Counted from the whole stretch's first letter, positions 11,250-25,430 are shown. The stretch: DNA of 63,958 nucleotides, filler included, from Octopus bimaculoides (GCF_001194135.2; 7 parts of 7 records of this genome joined end to end with filler, not necessarily neighbours in it); one strand, 5' to 3'. Notes: a model not told the origin generated them from the sequence alone. Numbers and translations: made by a program.

Positions 11250-14200
11250 AATGTCTGATGTAGTGATTGGTGGAATACAATCTTAGTCTTTCTGTCAGGA
11301 GTCAGAAAAGGACAAATTTCTGCTGTTTCTAGCTCTGGAAAAAGTATGTTGAATGTGATACTAAGTTGATTTCAATAACATTGCGCCTTGTTGGTTATCT
11401 TTGAAATGAAAGGCGTACTGGAAATTGAAATAGTTTAAATTCGAATGTCACACCTGTCAAGATCAATTCTAAGAATGAAAACATCTTCAATGTTGATGCA
11501 ACCAATTCAAATTGTAGGTTTTGTGATGTGGAAGGATTTTCACGCCACTAGGCGAGTGTCAATGCTCTGTCGTAGGGTATCTAAATTTCTAAGAATGATA
11601 GAGGAGGATCCTTTCTTTTAGACGATGTAGTAGGATTCTAGAAGAATTCAAAGAATTCAATGAATTTAGAGTAATGAACTATCCTAGAAGATACAAACAC
11701 TTAAAATTCATCTCACCGTTTTATTTACAGAACCTAGTATGCGAGAGGCACCCAAAAGTAACCGGAAACGTTCTCTGTGGGACAAGCTCGTTGTAGTTCA
11801 GACTTTCTGCCGCCAGAACCACTTGATGCGACCCTCAGGCATCAGTCTGCCGACCGGCGTCGTCTGGTGTTGTCGTACTTCCACGTGGTGCATCTTTGTT
11901 TTGCAGTGCTTCTCCTCTGTTCGTCGATTTTTGCGAAGGCTGAAACGAAGGAACAGCGTGCTTCCGTGAAATTTTGTTTTCTGTTGGAGAAACCGGCGGT
12001 CGAAACAGTTGTCATGCTTCAAACAACTCACATAGCTGTTACCAACCAAGTGCGAAACAAGTTTACGAGTGGTTTTCACGCTTTAAGAATTGTCATTTGT
12101 CGCTTGAGGACCAACCTCGTTCAGAGCGACCGTTGACCTCCCGAACGAATGAAAACATCCTGAAAATTCATGAACTGATCTTGGAGGACTGTCATTGAAC
12201 AATTGACGAACTTGTTGTTATGACAGGTATATCCTGGAGCTCCTGCCATCGAATTTTGAGTGAGGAATTGTGAATAAAAAGAGCTGCAGCAAAATTTGTG
12301 CCTCGCTTGCTCACGGAAGATCAAAAGCAGTCACGACTGAATGCGTGTTGAGAACTGAGAGTACAGTTGGAAGTTGATCTGGACCTTTTTTCGAAGGCCA
12401 TCACAGGTGACAAAAGTTGGTGCGACGGAATTTGTAGATGTGGAAGATATGAAGAAAAAATGACGGTGACGTTAAAAGGCATCGCTTCGCAAGAGTTTCA
12501 GCACTGTTTTGAATAGGGGAAAGCGCGTCTGGACTGATGCATTGCTTCAAATGGAGAATACTTTGAAGGCGATAAAAGTGTAAACTAAGTGAATAAAATA
12601 ATATTGCAAAATTTCAGTTTCTTCTGAGTACCCCTTCATATCTCTTCCGTGAATACATTTATGATCATTGAAGTCGAAATGGACAGTTCAGCATAGTTTT
12701 ACTATCAATACATTTACATCCCGAGCTTGATTTCCACTATGAGATGGTATTTGAATTAGTGCTTCATTGTCATGACCTTTTCCAATTCGAAGCGATACAA
12801 TTGAATAGTCTCCACCGTTCTTTCTTTTTTGCATCTAGAAGAACAAATTCCTAATTGGTTGACAGCGTTAATTTCTTGACATGTCTTCAGAGAGATGAAG
12901 CTTTAGGGCAGGCATTATGCTCATCTGCTCATAGGAATCACAGATAGAATATTTGACGGGAATCATGTACAAGCAGCAGTGGTATTTCGCCAATGATTTC
13001 GTTTGTATGTCCCTCAAGTGTCCGATTTGGTACTTCTAGAACAAGTCTGTCGGCCAGAATGCATTCATTCCACACTACCATTTGATAACTCTTGAGGAAA
13101 ACTGCCATGCTTCAGTCTCTAATAATGATGCAGAAAAGTGTATGTTAGACTTAAAGGAATGAGCAGTTCTTACAACTGTCAAAGTGTCACAGCTATGGAA
13201 GAGAAGGATGTAACAACGGTAGTTTTCTCTTGATTTCTGACTACCTCAGATCAAGTTGATAAGGAATGCTTTGCCAGTTCCTCCAGGTGTAAGAAAATAA
13301 TTCCATGATTAGTCAGAGATTAATCTGATTCACTTCTTTATAGGTTTCTCTTAGAATTGACATCAATTTTGGTTCAATTTATTTAATGTACTCATTAAAC
13401 TAAACAATGTTACATAATGTTTTTCTGAAAACTTCACTGCTCATTGAGCTTTAACGTTGCCTTTTATGTAACTGCATGCAAAGATACTTTAAGGTTTTCC
13501 CAGACACTGACTGTACCAAATCTATTTTGCAAAGAGCGAAGATGAACATATCCTCTCGAAAACCCAATTGAGGACTGGCTTTGCTGATCCTTGTCTGATG
13601 TAATCTGTCTGTTTTCGCAGATGTATTGGATTGGAGGGATTGTGTGAGGAGATGAAGATATTTTAGTGTCGTATTCCTTCATTTTCCAGAAACCTAAAAT
13701 GTTAGTATCTTTGTCGGAAGGTGCTCAATCAACCTCCGTTTCCTGCTTTTAGGGAACCAAATCAAGTGGAATTTTTGACGTGATAGAAGCAACAAACACA
13801 TTTGAAAAATTACAGTAATACTTGGGTGGATCGTGTAAAAAACACCCAACTATATCTAGGGACAAATTTACCTTACTTTTGTCTTTGGAAGAATTTAATT
13901 TGGCTTTGATTAATAAGCAATCTTGTAGGTTCACATTCTTTGTCCATGAAGTAAAATTTCAGATATTTGTGATCAAAATCTGAAAGAGGAAGATGTGATC
14001 CTGTGCCATGATAAATTTGTCTCTCTATATGAGATAAATTTATCATCATTAAGTATTGGCAGTCACTTTACTTGTCGCACGAACAAACTTCATATAGATA
14101 CTCTCGAAACAATACCAGTTAGTAGGCTTTGTGTCTTCTAAGGGAAGACAACGAATGATCCATTTCGTTTTATTTAACATTAACCCTCTGTATTCTAGCA
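11250..14200 (-). mobile_element. Second Helitron relic, internally deleted and interrupted by a mariner
   Basis: Minus-strand translations in Helitron order: GTGSHLPLSDFDHKYLKFYFM (~14020), GIIFL..PGGTGKAFLINL (Walker A, ~13290), IPLLLV..SRQI (~12950), LNSLNSSRI..ILRNLD (~11620), FEFKLFQFPVRLSF (~11430). Confidence 0.8.
11740..12638 (+). mobile_element. Tc1/mariner element, internally deleted
   Basis: EQRASVKFCFLLEKPAVETVVMLQ, VYEWFSRFK…SLEDQPRS.RP.TSRTNENI, ITGDKSW. Imperfect TIRs (cgagaggcacccaaaagtaaccggaa / ttcagtttcttctgagtaccccttca) with flanking TA. Confidence 0.9.
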
Positions 14201-14466
14201 TTTCTTGTGTGTTTAATGTATAGTTAATTCGGTATTTTACAGATCAGATAATGCGGTTTTCCGACAGTATAATGAACTCCTTCGACAACGAAATCAAATT
14301 TAAATTACGAGTTGAAGTAAAACATATTTCTTATAATTTATCTATTTATAATAGTGAGACGCAAATTTAATTTTCCTCTAGGGGCATGTTCTTCATATCA
14401 TATCAAAATATTCACCTGATGTTTGATAATTCTGGAAGTAAGTGAGTTTAAACTGAAGCATGCTTT

Positions 14467-15476
14467 TGTAGCGTAGACTCGGGTGAAATTCTTCTCTCCC
14501 ATTTATTATATATACGTGCATTCGAACGTAGCAGGGAACAGCTAGCCCTTGGTCGCTATTTGGATCCCTTTGTGTCCACTAATCTGATTGGTTGATATTG
14601 GCGCAATTTGTCTCCACTTGATTGTGCCAACTTGCCGTGTATAGCCAGTCAGAGGCCCTAAATAGGATCGCGTGGGACAACCTGTTCACCACCCTGTTTG
14701 AGCCTTTAGCTCCTTATAAAAACTCAGCTTTTCTTCGTTTCGAAGTCTTTGGTTCCTGACCTTTTAAGGTCTAGCCACTGACCACAAAGACAGCCAGTTC
14801 TAGCGACAACGCTAGACAACACCACTACCACAGCGTAGAGACTCGCCAACTTCGTCCAACAGCATTACAGCAACCTCCTTCTTCGTCGCCACCATCATGT
14901 CCTTAACGTCGTCAACATCATCCCTCTATGTACACAGCTCAGCAAACAGTTCACCCAGGTTCCAACACTTCACTGTTCGTGAATTACTTCACAACGGATC
15001 AACAGCGAATATACAACCTGCAAGAACTTCAGTGTCAAGTGACCCAGGTTGCAGCATCACAACCAAGACTTCACGTACGACATGTACCTGTAACCGGCTC
15101 AGCATCATGGCCACGACTTCGTGATACAGTATTTGGACTGCCGTGTACTATTGACTACGAACTGGTATAATCTTTCTTCTGTTTATGAACTTACCTCTCA
15201 CTTCGATGGCTATACACTCTTTCAATGTCTCCTTCTTCATTGCCATACTCAAATGTTCTTAAAACACGCGCATACATCTATGCATACGAACACATACATT
15301 TTGTTCTCATGACGTTAATCATTCTCACGCGGTTGTGTCTCCTTTTCCATCTGGCATTTATTTGTTCCATTCAATCTCTCTTTATTGTAAGGCCCGTGTG
15401 ATGTGGTGAAAAAGAGAGCCATTCTCCTAACCACACATCGCACGGTCCATTACATTTTCATACATCAGTAACTACA
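14467..15476 (+). mobile_element. LTR (~1 kb) of a Gypsy-type element
   Basis: Termini TGTAG…CTACA, internal tataaaa (~14715), followed directly by TGGC (PBS-like) and a gag-like relic. Confidence 0.65.
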
Positions 15477-15780
15477 TGGCATATAATGAAAGACAGATCA
15501 AACCTAGTATGGAACCATCTGCTTGAGGCTCAATACTGCAGTGCACTCGCTTTACTTCTTTCAGGACATTAGAGGATTGATTTTCTTATCAAAATTTTAC
15601 GAAGCACCCATGAATTACTTCATCATGTAGTCGACCTTGCCACTCGACTCAATCATGTCACGCATCATGATTAAGCGTAGCATTCGGAAGATCAGAAGGG
15701 CAACAACCCTTATCTTTACAGATGAAAGCTTTTGCTAGGCGACTGATTTTTGTGTATCTACGCCTCGGCGCCTATAAAAG
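15477..15780 (+). mobile_element. PBS-like start and degenerate Gypsy gag N-terminus
   Basis: WNHLLEAQY…LLHHVVDLA…NNPYL resembles the gag motif WF.LLEAQF…F.HVV..L…PY..LK. Confidence 0.55.
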
Positions 15781-15784
15781 TGTA

Positions 15785-16055
15785 ATAGGTGGTAGTAGTA
15801 CCAATAATTGTCGGAGCCCTGGGAACAGTGAGTAAAAGTCTTGAGAAGTACATGGAACAAATAGTGACTGCAATAAGGGTAGAGCACTTACAGAAAACAG
15901 CACTGCTTGGAACCCCTCGAATACTCCGGATGGTGCTCGAAAAATAAGGGGTGTTGCTTTAGTTCACTGGTAGTGAACGGCTGACACCGTAGTACACCTC
16001 CAGCGTTAGAAGCTGTGCAAAAACGATAAACTAATAATAGTGATAATGATAATAT
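15785..16055 (+). mobile_element. 3' end of an RLE-type non-LTR retrotransposon (R4/Dong-like)
   Basis: VVVPIIVGALGTVSKSLEKYMEQIVTAIRVEHLQKTALLGTPRILRMVLEK*, then 3' UTR and an (AAT)-type tail. Confidence 0.75.
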
Positions 16056-16059
16056 ATCA

Positions 16060-16598
16060 AGCATTGGCTCTCGTGGCTTCTTATCTTAACTGATTGGAAG
16101 TGTTATCATGTACATTGTTTTATCTTGGTATAAAAGATGGGCTACAGCAAATATTCTGCTCAATACCTCAGGCTTGCTTGTCAGTTGTTTGACCTTAACC
16201 AGTTGAACATATCCTTTGGTGGCTGACGATATGGGCATCTCTGATCACGAGCAGAAGTAGTGGAGGAGCATCATAACTGTGAGTTGAAAGGAATTCTTTG
16301 AGGTTTGAATAATTCACCTTGGGAAACATGGGTGTTTCGTTCAGCATCCATAAAAAACTCTAATACAAGGACCATTTGAGCGGGATGGGCTACTCGACCT
16401 GAAGAAAATTCTAACTGAGCCTCCCTTGCAAGGTCATGCGCTGTTTATCTTGATATGAGATCACGATGTCGCGCACATATGGTTGTGATTCATGTGCCTG
16501 GTGTACCCTTATCAGACGGGTAGTCATAATGGGTATACTGGGCTTCGTATATTTTACTCCAGTGTCACTTTGATGGTATGCACTGCTCTCACTCACTC

Positions 16599-16685
<87 letters not shown>
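16060..16685 (+). mobile_element. Non-coding retroposon-like repeat ending in a long (AAT)n tail
   Basis: About 540 bp of non-coding sequence followed by ~28 AAT units. Family not assigned. Confidence 0.45.
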
Positions 16686-16686
<1 letters not shown>

Positions 16687-16756
16687 GAGACTTGGATCCA
16701 ACTTGTACAAATGCAAAACAAAAGTCAAACATAAAATAATAATAATAATAATAATA

Positions 16757-19010
<2,254 letters not shown>

Positions 19011-19055
19011 ATTGTAAACAGAATCTTGTTTATAATTGTTCTTATTTTATGTTTG

Positions 19056-19144
19056 GAAATTTTTCGTCACACACCTGTGACCTCTTCAGCGACTCTCCAT
19101 CACTGAAGAGGTCACAAGTGTGACGAAAAATTTCTAGACGATGG
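19056..19144. ncRNA. Inverted pair of minimal hammerhead-ribozyme-like cores forming a ~32-bp hairpin (probable PLE terminal-repeat relic)
   Basis: + strand: CTGAAGA(19103-09)-G-GTCAC-aagt-GTGAC-GAAA(19125-28)-aatTTC. - strand (19089 to 19056): CTGAAGA-G-GTCACA-ggtg-TGTGAC-GAAA-aatTTC. The loop between the two is 13 nt. Confidence 0.6.
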
Positions 19145-19241
19145 ACATAAAAAGCAAAATAAATAACAGTAAATATTATCTTTCCCTTTGTAGTCATTGT
19201 TTTGATTAATATTATATTTTTAATACTTCACGCACTGCTAG

Positions 19242-19530
19242 GAAGACAGTACAAGCAGCTCTTGGAAAATGCAGCAATCCACGAGAGAAAACACCAAATC
19301 AACAATGGAATGTTTTCCCCCTGGGAACATACCAAATGGTTACATTATCACCAAGTCTCCATACTATCCGGGTAGCTATATAACATTCACGTGTTCCTCG
19401 GGATTTTTTATGGTAGGTTCACCTTTCTTGAAATGTTCGGTTAAGTCAATCTGGATCGGCAGCATACCACGATGTGTTTCACTGGATTTGTCAACCAAAT
19501 TTAACATCAATTCATCTGATATCACTCTAG
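19242..19530 (+). CDS. Exon encoding a Sushi/CCP (SCR) domain of a cell-surface protein
   Basis: CFPPGNIPNG…YYPGSYITFTCSSGFFMVGSPFLKC…IWIGSIPRC has 4 Cys plus the conserved Trp. Acceptor ctgctag|, donor ctag|gtaggc (phase 1). Confidence 0.88.
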
Positions 19531-20048
19531 GTAGGCTTATTCATGGCTTTCAATAAGCATTCATCATTTTAGGTATGGATATATAAAAAGATAAACTCAT
19601 AGATAGCAAAATTCTGATTACAAAATTGTCGGAGAATATGTAACTTTGAAATCATAATCACTGTGTACTAACCCTCTTGTTGGTACGTGGCTGACCCACA
19701 AGAAGTTCAGTGTTCCAATTTGAGTAATAAGGGGACAAAAGAGCTTCAAGTCGAGTAAACTTGGGATTTGAAACTTCCGAGAGTTTAACTGTGCCTCGGG
19801 AGCGTTTAGTGGAACAATTTGCATCCCATTCGAAGTATGGTCCTACGTTGCAAAAGTTGCTCCAGTAGAACTTAAACCCACTTTTAGATCTTGTGCTACA
19901 TATAGCTTCACGAAAGACCAATAAATAAGAAAACCTAATCGAGTTGTAGCGTTAGAATAGTCATTTACAGAGTATTTGCCGGTGGACTTGATATTAGACA
20001 TTGTGAACAAAACATAGGGCCGTCGCAAATAGATGCTTTAGTTTAAAG

Positions 20049-20357
20049 GGTAAAGACCCCCTTCGGTCATGAATGACCATAGGATGCACCTAGAAAATTC
20101 CCCTCTGAGGTACAAGTCTGAGCAAGGCTGTTTATGAAAGCCAAGCAGTCGCCCATGCATACCAGCCTCTCCTCTTCATACCACTGACGTTATCCAAGGG
20201 AAAGGCAAAGGCCGATACAACTTGGCACAGTGACATAGTTTCTACAACTGAATCAACGTGAAATAAAGTGTCTTGCTCAAGAATACAACACAGAGCTCGG
20301 TCTGAGAATCGAACTCTATCGCATGGTTGTGAGTCCTACGCTCTAACCACTGAACCT
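20049..20357 (-). mobile_element. tRNA-derived SINE (family C) with intact head
   Basis: Minus strand ggttcagtggttagagcg…gagttcgattctc gives A and B boxes; body shared with 150-375. Confidence 0.8.
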
Positions 20358-20759
20358 TTAGTTTACTCAGGGGTTATTTCAGTCGTCTGCGCAAAGTAAA
20401 GTCAAACTTAATATCTATACATTCATTAAATTATTTAATGCATCGTAAAGAAAGGCTAGGTTGCATAAAGCTTTAATGTAAGCTCAATACATTTGTGCTT
20501 TTATATAAGCTCTGTTGAAATGATGACGAAACTATTACACAGATTATATGACTAAAGGAAGATCATTCTAACGTAACTTCAGTTTGGATAAAAGAAAAAT
20601 GATTCAAAGCTTGTATGGAATGTATGTAGATGAAAAGAGAGATGATATTTTAATATAAATCTTCTATAGTCAAAAGAGAGACAATCTCATAAGACAGAAA
20701 ACCTGTTAATCTATTGTTAAAATACACATCGTAGTTATAATCTGTTTATATCATTGCAG

Positions 20760-20850
20760 TTCCACGTTGGCTTCTAATCGCCCTGTTTACAATACTGGGA
20801 TTCTTTCTTACGATTTTGATGATTCTATTATTCTATTACTACTGTTGCCG
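20760..20850 (+). CDS. Transmembrane-helix exon of the same CCP gene
   Basis: Acceptor tcattgcag|, phase 1 as required by the CCP exon. Reads (V)PRWLLIALFTILGFFLTILMILLFYYYCC(R). Donor cg|gtaagt (phase 2). Confidence 0.85.
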
Positions 20851-21109
20851 GTAAGTAATTATCTCGCGCTTTAATTCAACCTTGACAGAATGAATACCAG
20901 TAATTCAGACAGGTCAGTTGAACTGTCGAAATTTGTCCTTTATAAAAACAGTCTTGGAGTTTAATCGAAAGGAAATTAACATTCATTTAAATGAATAACT
21001 TAAGTGTTATGACTAGTCATACATAGATTTAAATATGCAAATACTTGCACACATGCACTTGCGCATGTGCGCGCATGCATGTGTGCATGAGTGTGTACGA
21101 GCACCCGTC

Positions 21110-21300
21110 TTGTATCTGTCTCTCACCAATTGATAGTCAGCGTTGGTTTGTTTACGTCCAAGTAACTCAACGGTTCGGCGAAAACGAACGGAGAGAATAA
21201 ATGTTCGAGTTATGAATGAGTACTGAGGATAAATTCACCGACAAAACCTTCCATGATGAGATTCCATTTTAGCCGTTGTTCATTGACTGAAACAAACAAA
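21110..21300 (+). mobile_element. 3' half of a family A SINE
   Basis: ttggtttgtttacgtccaagtaactcaacggttcggcgaaaacg…gactgaaacaaacaaaagaata, then (TA)n. Confidence 0.7.
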
Positions 21301-21301
21301 A

Positions 21302-21336
<35 letters not shown>

Positions 21337-21375
21337 NNNNNNNNNNGGTCTCTTTTGCCAAATATCTATATATAC

Positions 21376-21407
<32 letters not shown>

Positions 21408-21987
21408 ATATATTCTCCAAATATATGTATATGTATGTATGTATGTGTGTGTGTATTTATGTATATATATGCATATATATATACATATTTATATGTACAT
21501 AATGCACAAGTATTATATATATGTGTGTGTGTATACGTAGCCATATGTATGTGTGTATGTTTGTTTGTATGTATGTAGATATGTATGTATGTATGTATGC
21601 ATGCATGTATGTATGTATGTATGTATGTATGTATGTATGTATGTATGTATGTATGCATGTATAGCAAAACACGAAAATGGAAGTGTTGGGGGTATTATTT
21701 ATTCACCATTACACATGTTACATTTGTTAATAGGAATTACAGAGTTTTACATATTAGATAGACATATAAGAAATTTCCTATTAGAAATTTTTCCGAGAGA
21801 ATTTTTTTTATACAGTAACTCTGCAAATAGCATTTCTATAATTCTCGGATTTAATATGTATTTTGACTAACGTAATATATATTTTGACTAACAGCAGCAA
21901 TTGAGGCTACATATTGGATTGTAATAATGGAATAGGCAAATGTTATTTAAGATGAAACAGTTAGGATTCACCTTAACTATCTACATA

Positions 21988-22051
<64 letters not shown>

Positions 22052-22052
22052 A

Positions 22053-22535
22053 GTTAAAAAAGTAAATAAAGTTGGAAAAGCACAGAAGTATGCTTTCGAG
22101 AATGTTTAATATTTTTTTACAGTGAGTCATTTAAAATATAACCGGTTATCAAATATTGAAAAGAATTTTTGGGGAAACCAAAGTGGAAAAAAATTAGGGG
22201 TTCACGGTTTGTTCTAAGATCATAGNNNNNNNNNNNNNNNNNNNNNNNNNNNNNNNNNNNNNNNNNNNNNNNNNNNNNNNNNNNNNNNNNNNNNNNNNNN
22301 NNNNNNNNNNNNNNNNNNNNNNNNNNNNNNNNNNNNNNNNNNNNNNNNNNNNNNNNNNNNNNNNNNNNNNNNNNNNNNNNNNNNNNNNNNNNNNNNNNNN
22401 NNNNNNNNNNNNNNNNNNNNNNNNNNNNNNNNNNNNNNNNNNNNNNNNNNNNNNNNNNNNNNNNNNNNNNNNNNNNATTAAACATTCTCTAAAATTTACT
22501 TCTGTGCCTTTTCCAACTTTATTTAATTTATTAAC
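22053..22535. mobile_element. MITE-like element with ~58-bp terminal inverted repeats spanning an N-gap
   Basis: taaataaagttggaaaagcacagaagta…gagaatgtttaat is the reverse complement of attaaacattctc…tacttctgtgccttttccaactttattta. Confidence 0.6.
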
Positions 22536-23189
22536 AATAAATTTTTGAAAATGTGTGTGTGCGTGCGTGTGTGTGCATGAGTGGATCTATGTATATCTGT
22601 GTCTATTTATGAGAATTCATGAGCTACAATGAAAGGGCAATAAGATCAACACAGCAGATATTTAGATTGAACATCTGTAAGTCAATATCTACTTGGAAAA
22701 GGAAACTAAAGCCGTAAAAAAAAAGAAAAAAAAAAGAAGAAAACAGGAAAAACCAATCCCGAGATTTTTGTATACGTTTGCACAGTAGAATCATTGTTTG
22801 ACTGCGGAGCCCATCAAAGAATAAGCGAAATACTGAATGAATAACTGGAAAAGAAATAGCTCTTAACCACCACCTGGTCAGTCAGCAATGGAGAGCACTG
22901 GTCGACTCTGTGCATGATGACATATCTGGGATCTCTGGGACCTCTGGGACCCTAACCTGGAAGGATCCCAACCCCATCAAGTAGGAGCATGAAGCAATCA
23001 AACAAGCCAGAGGGGTTATTTAACACTGTAATTTTGGACAGGGAGGTTTACTTCGATTTAGAAGATTACTCCATTTCAAAAGTGGAAGATTATTTCGATT
23101 TGAAAGAGGAAGATATTATGCCGGCCCTATATAAAGTGAGCATACCCACAACATCATGCTCTGGTGGATTTCCGAAACTCCCTTAAAAG

Positions 23190-23760
23190 CATGCACTATG
23201 GTTCTAGCAAGCCACATCAGATACCTTTCGAAGGCTTCCTTGCAAATTCTTCCCAAGTTGCAAAAGTCGATAATGAATGAAATTATTCAAGCAGTTAGTA
23301 AATAAAAAGTCCTCTACATATTGATCACATCTTGTATTAATATATGAGTAGAATATGCTTCGTTGAGGAAGTCATATAATACCAAAAAGAGGTCTATTTG
23401 GCTGTATAGACGAGATCAACTCCACACTGCATAGTTTATTTTTCGATTAACTATACTCATTGGAGTTATCGTTCTTGTTTGTTGGTATTTGATTTCAAAC
23501 ATTCCTAATGAGTGAGTAGATGCACGAAGAATGGTGAAAATAAACAAGGACCAGATCAAATATGTTTGAGAGATTTTTGAACTAGTAAAAGGCTTTTCAC
23601 TGTAGCTTTTCTCGGATAAAAAAATTATCGCTTGAGACAAAAAGCTAAAAGTACCATTGTCAGCACAGGGCTTCCCTGTCTAGATCTGATGAAAACTAGG
23701 AGTTCGGAATGCATGCATCCATCAGTCCCATAGGGGGCTCCTGAACTGACAATAGTGTTT
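23190..23760 (+). pseudogene. Possible PIF/Harbinger DDE transposase relic
   Basis: LFGCIDE (~23395; compare GAIDG), FSIN.. (compare FSI.L), DARR (compare HDARI), LSAQGFPV (~23660; compare LADxAFPL), in the correct order but heavily disrupted. Confidence 0.35.
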
Positions 23761-23989
23761 TTACATCTTTTTGTCGCAAGTGAAATTTTTTTTCTCCATG
23801 ACACGAAAGTGAAAGCTTTTTACAGGTTCAAATATTCCCCAAAACTTGTTTTGAACTGGTCTTAAGTTTATTCTTAACGAATATTTTTCCTACCAATAGC
23901 ATGAAAAATCGCAGTTAATAGAAGTCTTTCAAATTACTATTTTATATACGTGACACTCGATTGTATCTGAGCATCCACACGCCTCACCC

Positions 23990-25430
23990 CTACATACGTA
24001 TATGTATGTATGTCTGCAAATATACATATACATGATGCATCGCTGTTCCAGAGTTTGAATACGAATTTAGAATCTGGTAGAGGCACCACAGATGTGATCT
24101 TTAGTGACAGAGAGTTGCAAGAGAAGTGCACAGAGCAGAGACTTCCCCTATACAAAGTTTTCGTTGATATAACGAAAGTCTTTGACATGGTGGCTAGAAA
24201 TGCACTGATAAGAAAATCTTGGAAAAGTTGAGACTCCCTCATCACCTAAGTTTGTTGACTTGTTTGTTCATCTACACACTTGTATGAAGTCCTACTTATT
24301 TCAAGTGGTGCTCTGTCGAACATGATCCACCTGGACAATGGTATTAAACAAAAGGATATATCTGCACCATTAATGATCTCGCCACTTTGTTCACTCTAGT
24401 CCAGGAGGCAACATGCTTAATCTAAATCGTTTCAAAGATAACTCAAAGATCTCTATAAGTCATATTCACAATTTATTGTATGTTGACAACTGTGCACTTG
24501 AAGCTCATTCTGAGTAAGTTATTCAGAAAATAATAAATCTCTTCTTCAGTATCTCTTCTGTTTTGGGACTTACAATAACCTGAACAAAAGTAAGGTAATG
24601 TTTGCTCCTGCTCCAGGGAAGACCTTTGTGAAATTGTAGGGATGGATAACTAAATTCCAAAATCAACTTCAGGGTTCAAAAGCTTTCAGTAGCTTTTGGG
24701 ACTTTGGAAAAACAAATTTGGCCAGACAGGAACTTGAAACTATTCACCAAGCTTTGCATCTGTGATGCTTACATCATTACATCTCTGCTTTACTCATCTG
24801 GGGCATGGACCCTGTAATGATGACGTTTCAAAATATTTGAGAGACTTCATCAAAAGTATCGAAGATATATATAAGACATTAGTTGAAAATCTTCCACACT
24901 TGAGACGGAAATGCGGATAAAGGCGGACTGTTTTAGTACGAAAATCTTGCTCCATCAAGTACCATATACGATAAGTCGGACATGCAATCCATCTTGTTGA
25001 TTTAGGCTTTCAAAGAGATTACTTTATGAAGGATTAGTTCTTGGAAAGTGCCTCTAGCACAAACAGAGAGAGAGGGGGAGGGGGAGAGTGAGGAGGGAGT
25101 GAGAGAGAGAGAGAGAGCCTGTGACATCAGAATAAAACAATCTCAAGTCCTGAAACATCAGTGCCGTTCATTGGGAATATGTTGCACTGAATAGAAGGAA
25201 AATAGACGACTATAACTAAGAAAAGTAGTCACCAATTTGAGAAAATTCAAATTTCCCATCCAACAAGGAAATGTAATGCTTGAAAACAAGAACATTATTA
25301 AAGCTCTATGTAGTAGAGGGGCAAGAGATATCCTCGCTTGCACAGTCTATCGCTGCATTATAATTTCAAAAGCCGGGTTTGTCATCCATAACAGGCTACA
25401 TATCAGAGACCAGCATGGGATGCTTATATC
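23990..25430 (+). mobile_element. RTE-clade LINE, RT to 3' end, degenerate
   Basis: GRGTTDVIF..RELQEKCTEQRLPLYKVFVDITKVFD, YVDNCAL (~24480), and the C-terminal C..Y.C..ISKAGF..H.RLH zinc-finger-like end. Confidence 0.85.

Noticed and set aside
20290-20357. tRNA-like A/B boxes here and at 2226, 46400 and 60200
   Set aside because: These are SINE heads followed by SINE bodies with no full cloverleaf, not tRNA genes.
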